DNA of 64,000 nt. It comes from an uncultured delta proteobacterium (lineage in GTDB: Bacteria; Myxococcota_A; UBA9160; UBA4427). How positions within the stretch are numbered: the stretch's first letter is position 1; each line of letters begins with the position of its first letter. The notes under the pieces were generated by a model, which made no database searches, was not told the DNA's origin, and saw only the letters and a program-made list of their open reading frames with translations. The position numbers and the translations under genes are program-made. The DNA lies in NCBI GenBank assembly GCA_963822965.1, contig CAWGJT010000005.1, positions 288,001 through 352,000 of the forward strand, given 5' to 3'. Shown here piece after piece: positions 29,603 through 40,000 of this stretch.

Positions 29603-29973
29603 GCGCGCGACGCGGGGACGGCACCGTCTACTCCTCCGAGCACGGCCGCATGTGCCCGCACTGCGGCCTGCCGGAGAAGAAGTGCCAGTGCCGCGCGAAT
29701 CCCCGCGGCGCGGGACGCGACGCCCCGGCCGGCGACGGCGTGGCCCGGGTGCGACGCGAGAAGAAGGGCCGCGGCGGCAAGACCGTCACCACCGTGACGG
29801 GCCTCGCCATGCCCCCCGAAGAGCTGAAGCGACTCGCCCAGGAGCTGCGACGCGAGTGCGGCAGCGGCGGAACCCTGAAGGACGGTGTCGTCGAGATCCA
29901 GGGCGACCACGCCGACAAGCTCATGACCGCCCTCGAAGCCCGAGGCCTGAAAGCGAAGCGAGCCGGAGGCTGA
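29599..29973 (+). CDS. yciH: SUI1/YciH translation factor
   Basis: VYSS ... CPHCG ... CQC, REKKGRGGKTVT, CGSGGT, IEIQGD-like VEIQGDH, KRAGG. Confidence 0.9.
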   Translation: MSARRGDGTVYSSEHGRMCPHCGLPEKKCQCRANPRGAGRDAPAGDGVARVRREKKGRGGKTVTTVTGLAMPPEELKRLAQELRRECGSGGTLKDGVVEIQGDHADKLMTALEARGLKAKRAGG

Positions 29974-29984
29974 CCTCCCGCACC

Positions 29985-30170
29985 GGCCGGACCCGTCGCG
30001 GAGCCGGAAGCGAAGCCGAGCCCCCCGCAAGCGAAGCGCAGCGGCGACTCCTCGATCCCGCGAGACGGCCGAGAGTGCCGCAGACTCGCGGACCTCGCAG
30101 CGAAGGCCCCCGCAGACGTACTCCCGTACGTCGAGGACGGCCGCAGCGAGAAGGCCGCGAAGATGCGGTG
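29985..30170. repeat. REP/MITE-like extragenic element between convergent genes
   Basis: Internal inverted repeat gacgtac-tccc-gtacgtc; repeated gcgaagc/gcagcga words; single copy in this window. Confidence 0.35.
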
Positions 30171-30776
30171 CTATCGGCCGTCGCAGCGAGTGAGCATGAA
30201 CCAGCTGCCGATGTCTTTGCCCTTGCGCGCCGCCGATCCGATGGTCACGTGCTCGGACACGCGCCGCAGGGTGTCCACCATGAAGCCGTAGACGAAGCGC
30301 GAGAGCCCCCGCTCGTTCGAACGGATCTCGGGCCAGCCGTCGGGATGCAGGGGCGGCACGCGGCGATAGTCGACGAGCACCTCGTCGCGATCCGGGTCCT
30401 CCACCGCCACGAAGTACCCGGGACCCGTGAGCGGCGCCAGGCTCTGGAAGTTGAAGCCGTAGAGCTCGCCCGGGTGCTGGGGGTCCGCCTCCTGCGGTCG
30501 GCAGAAGCGCTTCTCGAAGTGGGTGAAGACGCCCAGCGTGTTCTTCCCGAAGTGCCGCACCGTCTCCAGGGCGGGGACCGAAGGTGCCACGAGATCGACG
30601 AGCTTCACCGGGGCGAAGCCCCGCACCGCGTCGTAGAGCCGTCGCTGCTCGTCCCGGGACGTGCTGCGGATCGCCACCACGCGCTCCGCGTGGGAGACGC
30701 CGTCGAGGAAGCGGGCTACCTCGTCGGGCTTGATGTCGTCCTTCAGCAGTGCATGGAAGGCCTGGTCTGCGGTCAT
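30171..30776 (-). CDS. Hypothetical protein (201 aa)
   Basis: GGAGG RBS, strong GC3 bias, protein-like composition (HFGKNTLG, GPGYFV, VYGFMVDTLRRVS). Confidence 0.75.
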   Translation of the reverse strand: MTADQAFHALLKDDIKPDEVARFLDGVSHAERVVAIRSTSRDEQRRLYDAVRGFAPVKLVDLVAPSVPALETVRHFGKNTLGVFTHFEKRFCRPQEADPQHPGELYGFNFQSLAPLTGPGYFVAVEDPDRDEVLVDYRRVPPLHPDGWPEIRSNERGLSRFVYGFMVDTLRRVSEHVTIGSAARKGKDIGSWFMLTRCDGR

Positions 30777-30891
30777 GCGGGATCCTCCTCGGGTGGCGGT
30801 GGGGACAGGTGGCGGTGGCGACGGCGCGACGGCCGGCGGTCCGGACGACGCGCGACCCCCGCCCCGATGCACGACAGGGTACCGTCGATGC

Positions 30892-32583
30892 GTGCCCGAC
30901 TTCCATCGGACCCGGGGATTCGTCCTGGCCGCCGCGGCGGCGCTGCTGCTCCTCGCCGGACTCGGCGCCACCGACCTCTGGGCGCCGGACGAGCCGCGCT
31001 ACGGACAGATCGCCCAGGAGATCCGCTCCTTCGAGCACGGCCCGTCCGGCCTCGTGCTGCTGCATCTCGCCGGCGAGCCGTACACCCAGAAGCCACCGCT
31101 CTACTACTGGCTGGCGGCGCTGGCCGGCGCGGCCAGCGGAGACGGGGTGTCCGAGGTGGCGGCACGCCTCCCCTCGGCGCTCGCGGGGATCGCCACGGTG
31201 ATGCTGACCGCGGCCCTCGCCGGCCGGCTCGTCCCCGGGCGCCTGTCGCCGTTCTGCGCGGGCGTCGTCCTGCTCACGACCTTCCGCTTCGCGCATCTCG
31301 CGCGCCGGGCCCAGCTGGACGTGCTGCTGACCGGGTGCGAGACGGCGGCGATGCTGGCCTTCTGGCAGATCGACGCGCGGCTGCGGGCCGGCGCGCCTCG
31401 CCCCACCGGCGGGGTCGTCGCCTTCCATCTGGCGTTGGGCGCCGCGGCCCTCACCAAGGGACCCGTGGGCTGGCTGCCCGTGCTGGCAATCGGGGTCTAC
31501 CTGGCCTGGGAGGGACGAGCACGCGACCTGCCGCGACTGCTCCCGGTCTGGGGGCTGCTGCTGTCCGTTGGCCCGGTCTGCGCGTGGATCGGCGCGGCCA
31601 CCGCGCTGGCACCGGACGGGTTCTTCCGCGAAGCCGTGGTCGACAATCTCGCCGGCCGCTTCCTCGCCGCCGCCTCCCACGTGCGTCCGCTGTACTACTA
31701 CCTCTACCAGCTGCCCGCCGACGCCCTGCCCTGGACCCTGTTGTGGCCGGTCGTGGCCTGGCACGGCGTGCGCGCCCTGCGCGGTGGGGCCGAGGAGCGG
31801 CGCCCGTGGCGCCTGCTCTTCGCCTGGGTGGGGGTGCCCCTGATCGTCCTGTCCCTGTCGTCCGGCAAGCGCGGCCTCTACCTGCTTCCCGTCTTCCCCG
31901 CGCTGTCGCTGATGACCGGCGCGACCCTGGCCCGCCTGCTCGATCGACCGGCGGGCGCGCCGGCCTGGATGAGCCGGGGGGCGCTCACGCTCGGGGCCGG
32001 TCTCTGCCTGGCGGGCGGCGCGGTGGCCCTCCTGGGCGGCGTCGAGCCCGCCGGTCGATCGGGCTTCGGGGTGCCCGCCGAGACCGGCGTCGCCGTTGCG
32101 GGGATCGCCGCCGTGGGCATGCTGGCGGCGGTCGTCGTCCGGTGCGCGACGGGACGGAGCACCGCTTCCCTCGGCGTGGGCCTGGCATCGCTCCTCGCCC
32201 TGGAGCTGTTCGTCTTCCTGCAGATCTATCCCAGCTACGACCCCGAGAAGTCGCCCCGTCCCATCGCCGTTCGAGCTGCGCAGCTGACCGCGCCCGACGA
32301 ACCGGTCGGCGTCTTCGACGACGAGGGACTCGCCGGGGGAATCGTCTACTACGCGAACCGACGCGTGGAGATTCTGCCGCGGCCCGAGGACGTGGCACGT
32401 TTCCTCGACGGCGGCGGACGCTATGTCGTTCTCGAGCGCTGGAAGCTGCCGTGGCTCGACCCCGTCGGCCCCCTGTATGTGCATGCGAAGGCTCGCCGCG
32501 ACCGCCGCCAGCTGGCGGTCGTCAGCCGCACGAAGCCGGCCGAAACCCCAGAGGGCGACCCTGCGACCCCGCCGCATCTGTAG
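30892..32583 (+). CDS. ArnT/PMT-family (GT-C) membrane glycosyltransferase
   Basis: WAPDEPRY, QKPPLYYW, ARLPSA, LTKGP, HVRPLYYY, KRGLYLLP. Confidence 0.9.
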   Translation: MPDFHRTRGFVLAAAAALLLLAGLGATDLWAPDEPRYGQIAQEIRSFEHGPSGLVLLHLAGEPYTQKPPLYYWLAALAGAASGDGVSEVAARLPSALAGIATVMLTAALAGRLVPGRLSPFCAGVVLLTTFRFAHLARRAQLDVLLTGCETAAMLAFWQIDARLRAGAPRPTGGVVAFHLALGAAALTKGPVGWLPVLAIGVYLAWEGRARDLPRLLPVWGLLLSVGPVCAWIGAATALAPDGFFREAVVDNLAGRFLAAASHVRPLYYYLYQLPADALPWTLLWPVVAWHGVRALRGGAEERRPWRLLFAWVGVPLIVLSLSSGKRGLYLLPVFPALSLMTGATLARLLDRPAGAPAWMSRGALTLGAGLCLAGGAVALLGGVEPAGRSGFGVPAETGVAVAGIAAVGMLAAVVVRCATGRSTASLGVGLASLLALELFVFLQIYPSYDPEKSPRPIAVRAAQLTAPDEPVGVFDDEGLAGGIVYYANRRVEILPRPEDVARFLDGGGRYVVLERWKLPWLDPVGPLYVHAKARRDRRQLAVVSRTKPAETPEGDPATPPHL

Positions 32584-32654
32584 TACGCTTGGGAGCCGCC
32601 TGGAGGTCGGCAGCCGCCGGCAAACCTCCTCGAGCAGCTCGACACGAAGCGCCC

Positions 32655-32733
32655 GAACCGACGTGAACCGCGCCGTGAAGAACGCCGCAAGACGCCGTGA
32701 GAACGCCATAGGAACGCCACAGGAACGCTGCAA
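32655..32733 (+). repeat. Degenerate 10-11-bp tandem repeats (gaacgccNNNN) upstream of gltA
   Basis: gaacgccgcaa|gacgccgtga|gaacgccatag|gaacgccacag|gaacgctgcaa. Confidence 0.6.
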
Positions 32734-32860
32734 GCCGTCAGCACGCCGCCGAGAGGCGGCGGACGCGCCGCGGCGAGCGAACCCCGAGAGCCAGAGACGC
32801 ATCCATAGCGAGAGCGGATCACGAGACGACCAATCACGAGAAACAAAGGAGCCCATCGCG

Positions 32861-34150
32861 ATGGCAGAGACCGCAGAGCTTCGACTCGGAGACCAGATCG
32901 TAGAGCTCCCGATCATCGTCGGGACCGAGGGTGAGCGTGCGATCGACATCACCAAGCTCCGCAGCAAGACCGGCTACGTCACCTACGACAACGGCTTCGC
33001 GAACACCGGCGCCGTTCGCAGCAAGATCACCTTCATCGACGGCGAGAAGGGAATCCTCCGCTACCGGGGCTATCCCATCGAGGAGCTGGCCGAGAAGAGC
33101 GACGACTTCCTCGAGGTGGCCTACCTGCTCATCATGGGCCACCTGCCGAACGCGGAGGAGTACGAGTACTTCTGCGAGTCGATCCGGCGGCACACCATGC
33201 TGCACGAGGACTTCAAGGAGTTCTTCGGAGCCCTGCCCAAGGACGCCCACCCCATGGCCGCCTGCTCGGCCGCCGTCGGCGCCCTCGCGACCTTCTATCC
33301 GGACTCCCTCGACCCCAACGACGAGCGGCACGTGGAGATCTCCTGCCACCGCCTGATCGCCAAGCTCCCCACCATCGCCGCCTATGCGTTCAAGCACTCC
33401 TTCGGGCAGCCCTTCCTCTACCCGCAGAACCGCCTCAACTACGTGGCGAACTTCATGTACATGATGTTCGCCAACCCCTGCGAGGAGTACGAGGTGGACG
33501 AGACGATCCGCCGCGCCCTCCACAAGCTCTTCATCCTGCACGGCGACCACGAGCAGAACTGCTCCACCAGCAGCGTGCGGCTGGTGGGCTCTTCGCGGGT
33601 GAACCTCTTCGGCGCCATCTCCGCCGGCATCAACGCGCTCTGGGGCCCGCTCCACGGCGGTGCCAACCAGGCCGTCATCGAGATGCTCGCCGACATCCGG
33701 GACGAGGGCATGACCGGTCGCGAGTTCGTGGAGCGCGCGAAGGACAAGGACGACACGTCGCGCCTCATGGGCTTCGGCCATCGGGTCTACAAGAACTTCG
33801 ATCCCCGCATGAAGATCCTGAAGAAGTCGTGCTTCGAGGTGCTCGACAAGATGGGCATCCACAGCAAGCTGCTCGAGATCGCCGTGGAGCTCGAGGAGAT
33901 CGCGCTGAAGGATGACTACTTCGTCGAGCGCAAGCTCTACCCGAACGTCGACTTCTACTCGGGTGTCATCTACAACGCGATCGGCATTCCCGCGCACATG
34001 TTCACCGCACTGTTCGCCATCGGCCGGCTACCCGGCTGGATCGCCCACTGGATGGAGATGCACGCCGATCCGGACTTCAAGATCGGCCGCCCCCGGCAGA
34101 TCTACGAGGGCGAGACCGAGCGCCACTACGTGGCTCTTTCGAAGCGCTGA
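32861..34150 (+). CDS. gltA: Citrate synthase (type II)
   Basis: IDGEKGILRYRGY, DHEQNCSTS, GPLHGGAN, MGFGHRVYK, PNVDFYSG. Confidence 0.97.
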   Translation: MAETAELRLGDQIVELPIIVGTEGERAIDITKLRSKTGYVTYDNGFANTGAVRSKITFIDGEKGILRYRGYPIEELAEKSDDFLEVAYLLIMGHLPNAEEYEYFCESIRRHTMLHEDFKEFFGALPKDAHPMAACSAAVGALATFYPDSLDPNDERHVEISCHRLIAKLPTIAAYAFKHSFGQPFLYPQNRLNYVANFMYMMFANPCEEYEVDETIRRALHKLFILHGDHEQNCSTSSVRLVGSSRVNLFGAISAGINALWGPLHGGANQAVIEMLADIRDEGMTGREFVERAKDKDDTSRLMGFGHRVYKNFDPRMKILKKSCFEVLDKMGIHSKLLEIAVELEEIALKDDYFVERKLYPNVDFYSGVIYNAIGIPAHMFTALFAIGRLPGWIAHWMEMHADPDFKIGRPRQIYEGETERHYVALSKR

Positions 34151-34232
34151 TCCTTCCAGCCAAGCGCTGAGCCTTCCAGGCGCTGAGCCCGAGCGCGAAG
34201 CCGTGCGGCTCGGCGGGACGGGAGACCGTGGC

Positions 34233-35039
34233 ATGCCGGACGAGCTCGGACCGTGCTGGCTCGACGGCCGGCTCGTGGACCCCGTCGCCGCGGGGCTGCC
34301 CCTCCGCGACAGCGCCGCCGCCTACGGACGGGGCTGCTACACGACGGCGCGCATCCGTCGGGGCCGGGCGCGCTTCGCCCGGGAGCACGCGCTGCGGCTG
34401 AGCCGCGACGCCCGCCGTCTCGCGATCGGCGAGATCGATCCGCAGCAGGTCGTTCGCGCCCTCGAATCGACGGGACGCGCCTGCTTCGGCGAAGACCAGG
34501 AAGGAGTCGTCCGCGTCCAGGCGAGCCGCGACGGCGCGGGCCGCGTCCACCTGTGTGCGATTCCACGACCCACGGGTCCCGAGCCCATCACCTGGCGCGC
34601 GTGCATCGCGCCGTTCGCCCACGAAGGACCCATGCCCTGGTCGGGCGCCAAGGTGACCAACCACCTGCTCTTCGCGCTGGCCGGCGACGCCGCGCGCCGC
34701 GCCGGGGCGGACGAGGCGCTGCTGCTCGACCGCGACGGCTATCTCGTCGAGGGGTCCCGCTCGAACCTGATCGTGGTCTTCGACGACGGCGTACCCCGAA
34801 CCCCCGACCTCACCCGGGGCGGCGTCGCGGGCGTGGGGCTCGACGTGCTCCGGACGCGGACCGGGGACATCGCCGTCCGGCATGTCTCCGGCAGCGAGCT
34901 GGCAAGAGTCCGCGAGCTCATCGCCATCAACGCCGTGCGGGGCCCGCGGCCCATCGTCGCCCTCTCCGGACGCACGATCGGCGACGGGCGGCCCGGCCCG
35001 GTGGCCACGCGCCTCGCCGCGCTCTTCGAGCGGGACTGA
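34233..35039 (+). CDS. Class IV PLP enzyme (aminodeoxychorismate lyase/aminotransferase-like)
   Basis: [32 protein letters not shown]. Confidence 0.85.
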   Translation: MPDELGPCWLDGRLVDPVAAGLPLRDSAAAYGRGCYTTARIRRGRARFAREHALRLSRDARRLAIGEIDPQQVVRALESTGRACFGEDQEGVVRVQASRDGAGRVHLCAIPRPTGPEPITWRACIAPFAHEGPMPWSGAKVTNHLLFALAGDAARRAGADEALLLDRDGYLVEGSRSNLIVVFDDGVPRTPDLTRGGVAGVGLDVLRTRTGDIAVRHVSGSELARVRELIAINAVRGPRPIVALSGRTIGDGRPGPVATRLAALFERD

Positions 35040-35208
35040 TCCGCGCAGCAGGCTCGCACCCGGCGAGCTACCCTGCGGCGACCCGTGGGCATCCGGCCGC
35101 AGAGCGGCCCGCTCGCCCCCGACGCTGCGCGCCGCGGACGCGGCCCAGCGCAAGCGATCCGAAGCGACGCGAGGCTCGCGAGAGTCGAGACGAAAGGAAG
35201 CAGCCAGC

Positions 35209-35979
35209 ATGCAGATCGAGGGACTGACCGCCGTCGTCACGGGGGGAGGATCCGGCCTCGGCGAGGCCACCACGCGCACGCTCGTGGCGCGGGGCGCCCG
35301 GGTGACGATCCTCGACCTTCCCACCTCCCGGGGCAAGGACGTCGCCGACGAGCTCGGCAAGAGCGTGCTCTTCGCCCCCACGGACGTGACCAGCGAGGAG
35401 GACGTGACCGAGGCCCTCGATCGCACGCTCGAGAGCTTCGGCGCCGTCCACGTCAACGTGAACTGTGCCGGCATCGGCAGCGCGGGGCGCACCGTGGGCA
35501 AGGACGGCAAGCCGTTCGACCTCGGCTGGTTCCGCAAGACCATCGAGGTCAACCTGGTCGGCACGTTCAACGTCATCCGTCTCGCCGCGGCGCGCATGGC
35601 CTCCAACGAGCCCAACGCGGACGGCGAGCGCGGCGTCATCGTGAACACGGCGTCGGTCGCGGCCTTCGAAGGGCAGATCGGCCAGTGCGCCTACTCCGCC
35701 TCCAAGGGCGGCGTCGTCGGGATGACGCTGCCCATCGCCCGGGACCTCGCCAGCATCGGGGTCCGCGTGTGCACCATCGCGCCGGGGCTCTTCGCCACCC
35801 CGATGCTGATGGGCCTGCCCGAGCCCGCCCGCCAGGCGCTGGGCGCCAGCGTCCCGTTCCCGCCGCGCCTGGGCAATCCGCCGGAGTACGCCGCTCTGGC
35901 CTGTCACATCGTCGAGAACCCGATGCTCAACGGCGAGACGATCCGCCTGGACGGCGCGATTCGCATGGCGCCGAAGTAG
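35209..35979 (+). CDS. 3-hydroxyacyl-CoA dehydrogenase type II (HSD17B10-like SDR)
   Basis: [36 protein letters not shown]. Confidence 0.92.
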   Translation: MQIEGLTAVVTGGGSGLGEATTRTLVARGARVTILDLPTSRGKDVADELGKSVLFAPTDVTSEEDVTEALDRTLESFGAVHVNVNCAGIGSAGRTVGKDGKPFDLGWFRKTIEVNLVGTFNVIRLAAARMASNEPNADGERGVIVNTASVAAFEGQIGQCAYSASKGGVVGMTLPIARDLASIGVRVCTIAPGLFATPMLMGLPEPARQALGASVPFPPRLGNPPEYAALACHIVENPMLNGETIRLDGAIRMAPK

Positions 35980-35993
35980 GCGTCGGAATCGCC

Positions 35994-36992
35994 ATGAATC
36001 TGGGAAAGCTCGCGATCACGTTGCCCGCCCCGTTCCTGTCGGCGGCCCAGTGCGTCGATCTCGCGCGCCGGGCCGAGGACGAGTGGGGCTACGAGGCGAT
36101 CTGGCTGGCCGAGACCGGCGGCGCGGAGTCCTTCGCGCTGGCCGGAGCGATCGCCCAGGCCACCCGGCGGGTCGACATCGGCACCGCCATCGTCCCGGCC
36201 TACAACCGCACGCCGGCGGTGCTCGCCGCTGGCGCCGGCACCGTGGCGCAGCTCTCGGACGACCGCTTCATCCTGGGTCTCGGCACCTCGAGCCACGCGA
36301 TCATCGAGCAGTGGAACGGCGTGCCCTTCGAGAAGCCCCTGGCGCGCATGCGCGAGAGCGTCGCCATCCTGCGTCAGGCACTGGCCGGCGAGAAGACCGA
36401 CTTCGACGGCGAGACCCTCCGCTCCCACGGCTTCCGTCTCGGAGCGCTGCCGGCCAGGCCGTTGCGGATCTATCTCGCGGCGCTGCGGGAGAAGATGCTC
36501 GAGCTCGCCGGCGAGGTGGGCGAGGGACTCATCATCAACTTCATGCCCGTCTCCGCGATGCCGAAGATCCTCGGCGCCTACCAGGCGGGTGCGAAGCGCG
36601 CCGGCCGTGACGCGAGCGGCGACGAGGTGGTCGCCCGCTTCCAGGTGGCGATCACCGACGACGTGGAATCGGCGCGCAAGATCGTGCGCGCGGCCTTCGG
36701 CGGCTACGTGGCCACACCCGTCTACAACCGCTTCTTCGACTGGGTCGGCTTCGGCGACGTGGCGAAGGGCGTGCGGGAGGCCTTCGCGACGAAGGACCGA
36801 GCCGCGAGCGCCCTGGCAATGAGCGACGAGTTCATCGACCGGGTGACGATCCTCGGCTCCGCCGAGCAGTGTCGCGAGAAGCTCGCGGCCTTCGTCGAGG
36901 CGGGGGTCACCACGCCGGTCCTCTCCCCCCTGGCCGCCAGCCCCCGAGCCGCGGAAGCGGTCTTCGAGGCCCTGGCGCCGGGCCGGGCCTGA
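35994..36992 (+). CDS. LLM-class (luciferase-like, probably F420-dependent) oxidoreductase
   Basis: GYEAIWLAE, GTAI, RFILGLG, IYLAA. Confidence 0.85.
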   Translation: MNLGKLAITLPAPFLSAAQCVDLARRAEDEWGYEAIWLAETGGAESFALAGAIAQATRRVDIGTAIVPAYNRTPAVLAAGAGTVAQLSDDRFILGLGTSSHAIIEQWNGVPFEKPLARMRESVAILRQALAGEKTDFDGETLRSHGFRLGALPARPLRIYLAALREKMLELAGEVGEGLIINFMPVSAMPKILGAYQAGAKRAGRDASGDEVVARFQVAITDDVESARKIVRAAFGGYVATPVYNRFFDWVGFGDVAKGVREAFATKDRAASALAMSDEFIDRVTILGSAEQCREKLAAFVEAGVTTPVLSPLAASPRAAEAVFEALAPGRA

Positions 36993-37029
36993 GGCGCGCC
37001 CGGATCCGGGCGGAGCGAACGACGAGCCC

Positions 37030-40000
37030 ATGCGCGGAGTCCCTTTCGAGATGCCTTTCGGTTCGGTCACGAAGAAGCGCTGGGCGGGGCGGGTGCGCGC
37101 CTTCGCCCTGCTGGCGCTGCTCTTCGGCGCCTTCGATTCGGACGAGGCCCGCGCCATCGACGTGGTGGTGAGCAACACCGACGAGCTCCGCCAGGCGATC
37201 ATGGACGCGAACGCCGCGCCCACCACGAACCACACGATCACGTTCTCTCAGGACATCACGCTGAACACGGAGCTGACCCCCATCGCCGCGAACGTCTCCT
37301 TCGTCGGCAACGGCCACACGATCAGCGGCAACGACACCTTCCAGGTCTTCTTCGTGGACTCGGGCCAGGTGCAGATCGCCCAGCTCGTGGTCCGCGACGG
37401 CCTGTCCAAGGGCGGCGACGGCGGGATCAGCCGGGCCGGCGGGGGCCTCGGCGCCGGCGGCGGGCTCTTCGTCAACGCCAACGCGACGGTGACGCTCGTG
37501 GGCGTGGAGTTCCGCGACAACGTGGCCCAGGGCGGCAACGGCGGGGCCGACACCGGCGCCAGCGTCGGCGGCGGCGGCGGCGGCTTCCACGGCGACGGCG
37601 GCGACTTCGGCGGCGGCGGCGGCGGCTTCAACGGCAATGGCGGCACCGACGGCGGCGGCGGCGGCGGTCTCGAGGGCAACGGGCTCGGCAGCGTGACCAA
37701 CGGCGACGTCACCATCGGCGGCGAGGGCGGCGGCGAGTTCACCGACGGCAGGGGCGGCAGCTCCAACCACCTCCCCAACGGCACCGGCGGCGACGGCGCC
37801 GAGTTCGAGGGCGGCGGCTTCGGCGCCCGCGGCGGCGACGGCGGCCGCTTCGGCGGCGGCGGCGGCAGCAGCAGCGCGTCGGGAGGTGCCGGCGGCGACT
37901 TCGGGGGCGGCGGCGGCTCGGCCAACATCAACCAGGACAGCGGACAGACGGGCGACTTCGTCGGTGCCCCGGGCGGCGACGGCGGCTTCGGGGGCGGCGG
38001 CGGCGGCAGCTCCAACGGAACCCCGAGCAACGGCGGCTTCGGCGGCGGCAACGGCACCGCCACGGGCGTGGGCGGCGCCGGCTCCAGCCTCGGAGGCGCC
38101 GTCTTCGTGCGCACGGGCGGCCAGCTCATCTGGCAGCTCGAGGCGTCCCAGGCGACCAGCGGCAACAGCGTGCAGCGAGCCCCGGTGGGCTCCGGGCAGC
38201 CGGCCGTCGCGGGCTCGGACCTGTACCTGATGAGCGGCGTCCTGACCGAGCTGAACGTCGCCGACATGGTGACCTCCAGCCTGACGGGCTCGATCGCCGG
38301 CGAGGGCGGCCTGCGCAAGGCCGGTCTCGGAACCCTCGTCCTGACGGGCGCGAGCTCGTACGCCGGCGGTACCACCGTCGCCGAGGGAACGCTCCAGGGC
38401 ACCACGTCGTCGCTGCAGGGCGCCATCGCCACCCAGGCGGACACGACCGTCCGCTTCGACCAGAGCAGCTCGGGCTCCTACTCCGGCGTGCTCTCGGGCC
38501 CGGGCACCCTCGAGAAGCGGGGAACCGGCACCGTCACCCTGGGCGGGGCCAACACCTACACCGGTCCGACCCTGGTCCAGGAAGGCGTCCTCGCCGGCTC
38601 CACCGCGAGCCTGCCCCAGGTCTCGACGATCACCGTCTCGAGCGGTGCGACCCTGCGCTTCGACCAGGGCTCGAACGGCACCCGCAGCGGCCCCATCCTC
38701 GGCGCGGGCACCCTCGACAAGACGGGCGGCGGACGCCTCAGCCTGGACGGCGACTACTCGAGCTGGGGGGGCGACGCGACGGTGCGCGGCGGCGAGCTGT
38801 CGCTCGCGACGGGGGCCATCCTCGCGGGCCCGATCGACGTGCGCGGCCCCGGCCGGCTGGGCGGCGCGGGCACCGCATCGGGCGACGTCTCGATGGCCGG
38901 CACCCTGGCGCCGGGAACCCGGGGCACCCAGGCCACCCTGGCCATCGACGGCAACCTGGACCTGCAGGCCGGCTCGACACTCGAGGTGGACGTGGACGAC
39001 CAGAACGCCTCGGACCTGGTCTCCGTCGCCGGGGCCGCGACCCTCGGCGCCGGTGCCACCGTCGACGTGCTGCCGGCCGCGGGCGACTTCACGGTGCCGC
39101 ACACCTACACGCTCCTGACCGCCGGCCTGCTCGACGATCAGGGCATCGGCGTGAGCTCCGACTTCTGCCTCTTCACTTCGGGTCTCTCCATCGCGGGCAA
39201 CAGCCTGCAGCTGACCCTCACGCCCGATCTCACCGGGCTCGGCGACCGCTGCGCCGACACGAGCAACCAGCGCGCCATCGGCGCCGCGCTGGCACCCGTC
39301 ATCAACGACCCGGCGCTCGCGAACGTGAGGGGCAGCCTCAACGTCCTCACCGAGCAGGAGGTGCCCCGGGCGCTCGATCTCCTGAGCGGCGAGGGGCTCG
39401 GGGGCTTCCGCACCGCGCGCCTGGCCGCGGCCACGCGCTTCCTGGGCAGCCTCTCGGACCGCATGCGCGACCCGGGCACCGGACGCGCCGACGAGGGACC
39501 GCCCTACCCGCTCGCCGGCGCCGGCGGTACCGGCTTCGGCGGCCCGCTGATGCCGAGCCTGGGCGTCCGCGCCTCCCTCTCCGACCCGCTGGCCGTCGCG
39601 AAGGCGGGCGGCGTCCTCGCCGCCGCACCGCGCCGCTCGGGCTCGCCCTTCACGTTCGTCTCGGTGCGCGGGGACTCGGGTGTCGGGGGCTGGCTGGACG
39701 GGTTCGCCACCTTCGCCGGCATCGACGGCGACGGCAACAGCCACGACACGGACTACAACCTCTACGGGACCGCGGGCGGCGTCGACTGGGCGTTCACCGA
39801 CAGCGGGATGGTGGGGGCGGCCTTCGGCTACACGCGTTCCAAGCTCTCGGTGAGCGATCTCGCCACCTGGGGAACCGGTGACACCTTGCAGGGCGCGCTC
39901 TACGGGACCTTCTCGACCGACGTCTTCTACCTCGGCGGGGTCGCCCGCTACGGCTACACGCAGATGGATACCACCCGGCGGGTCGCCTTCGGCGGCCTCT

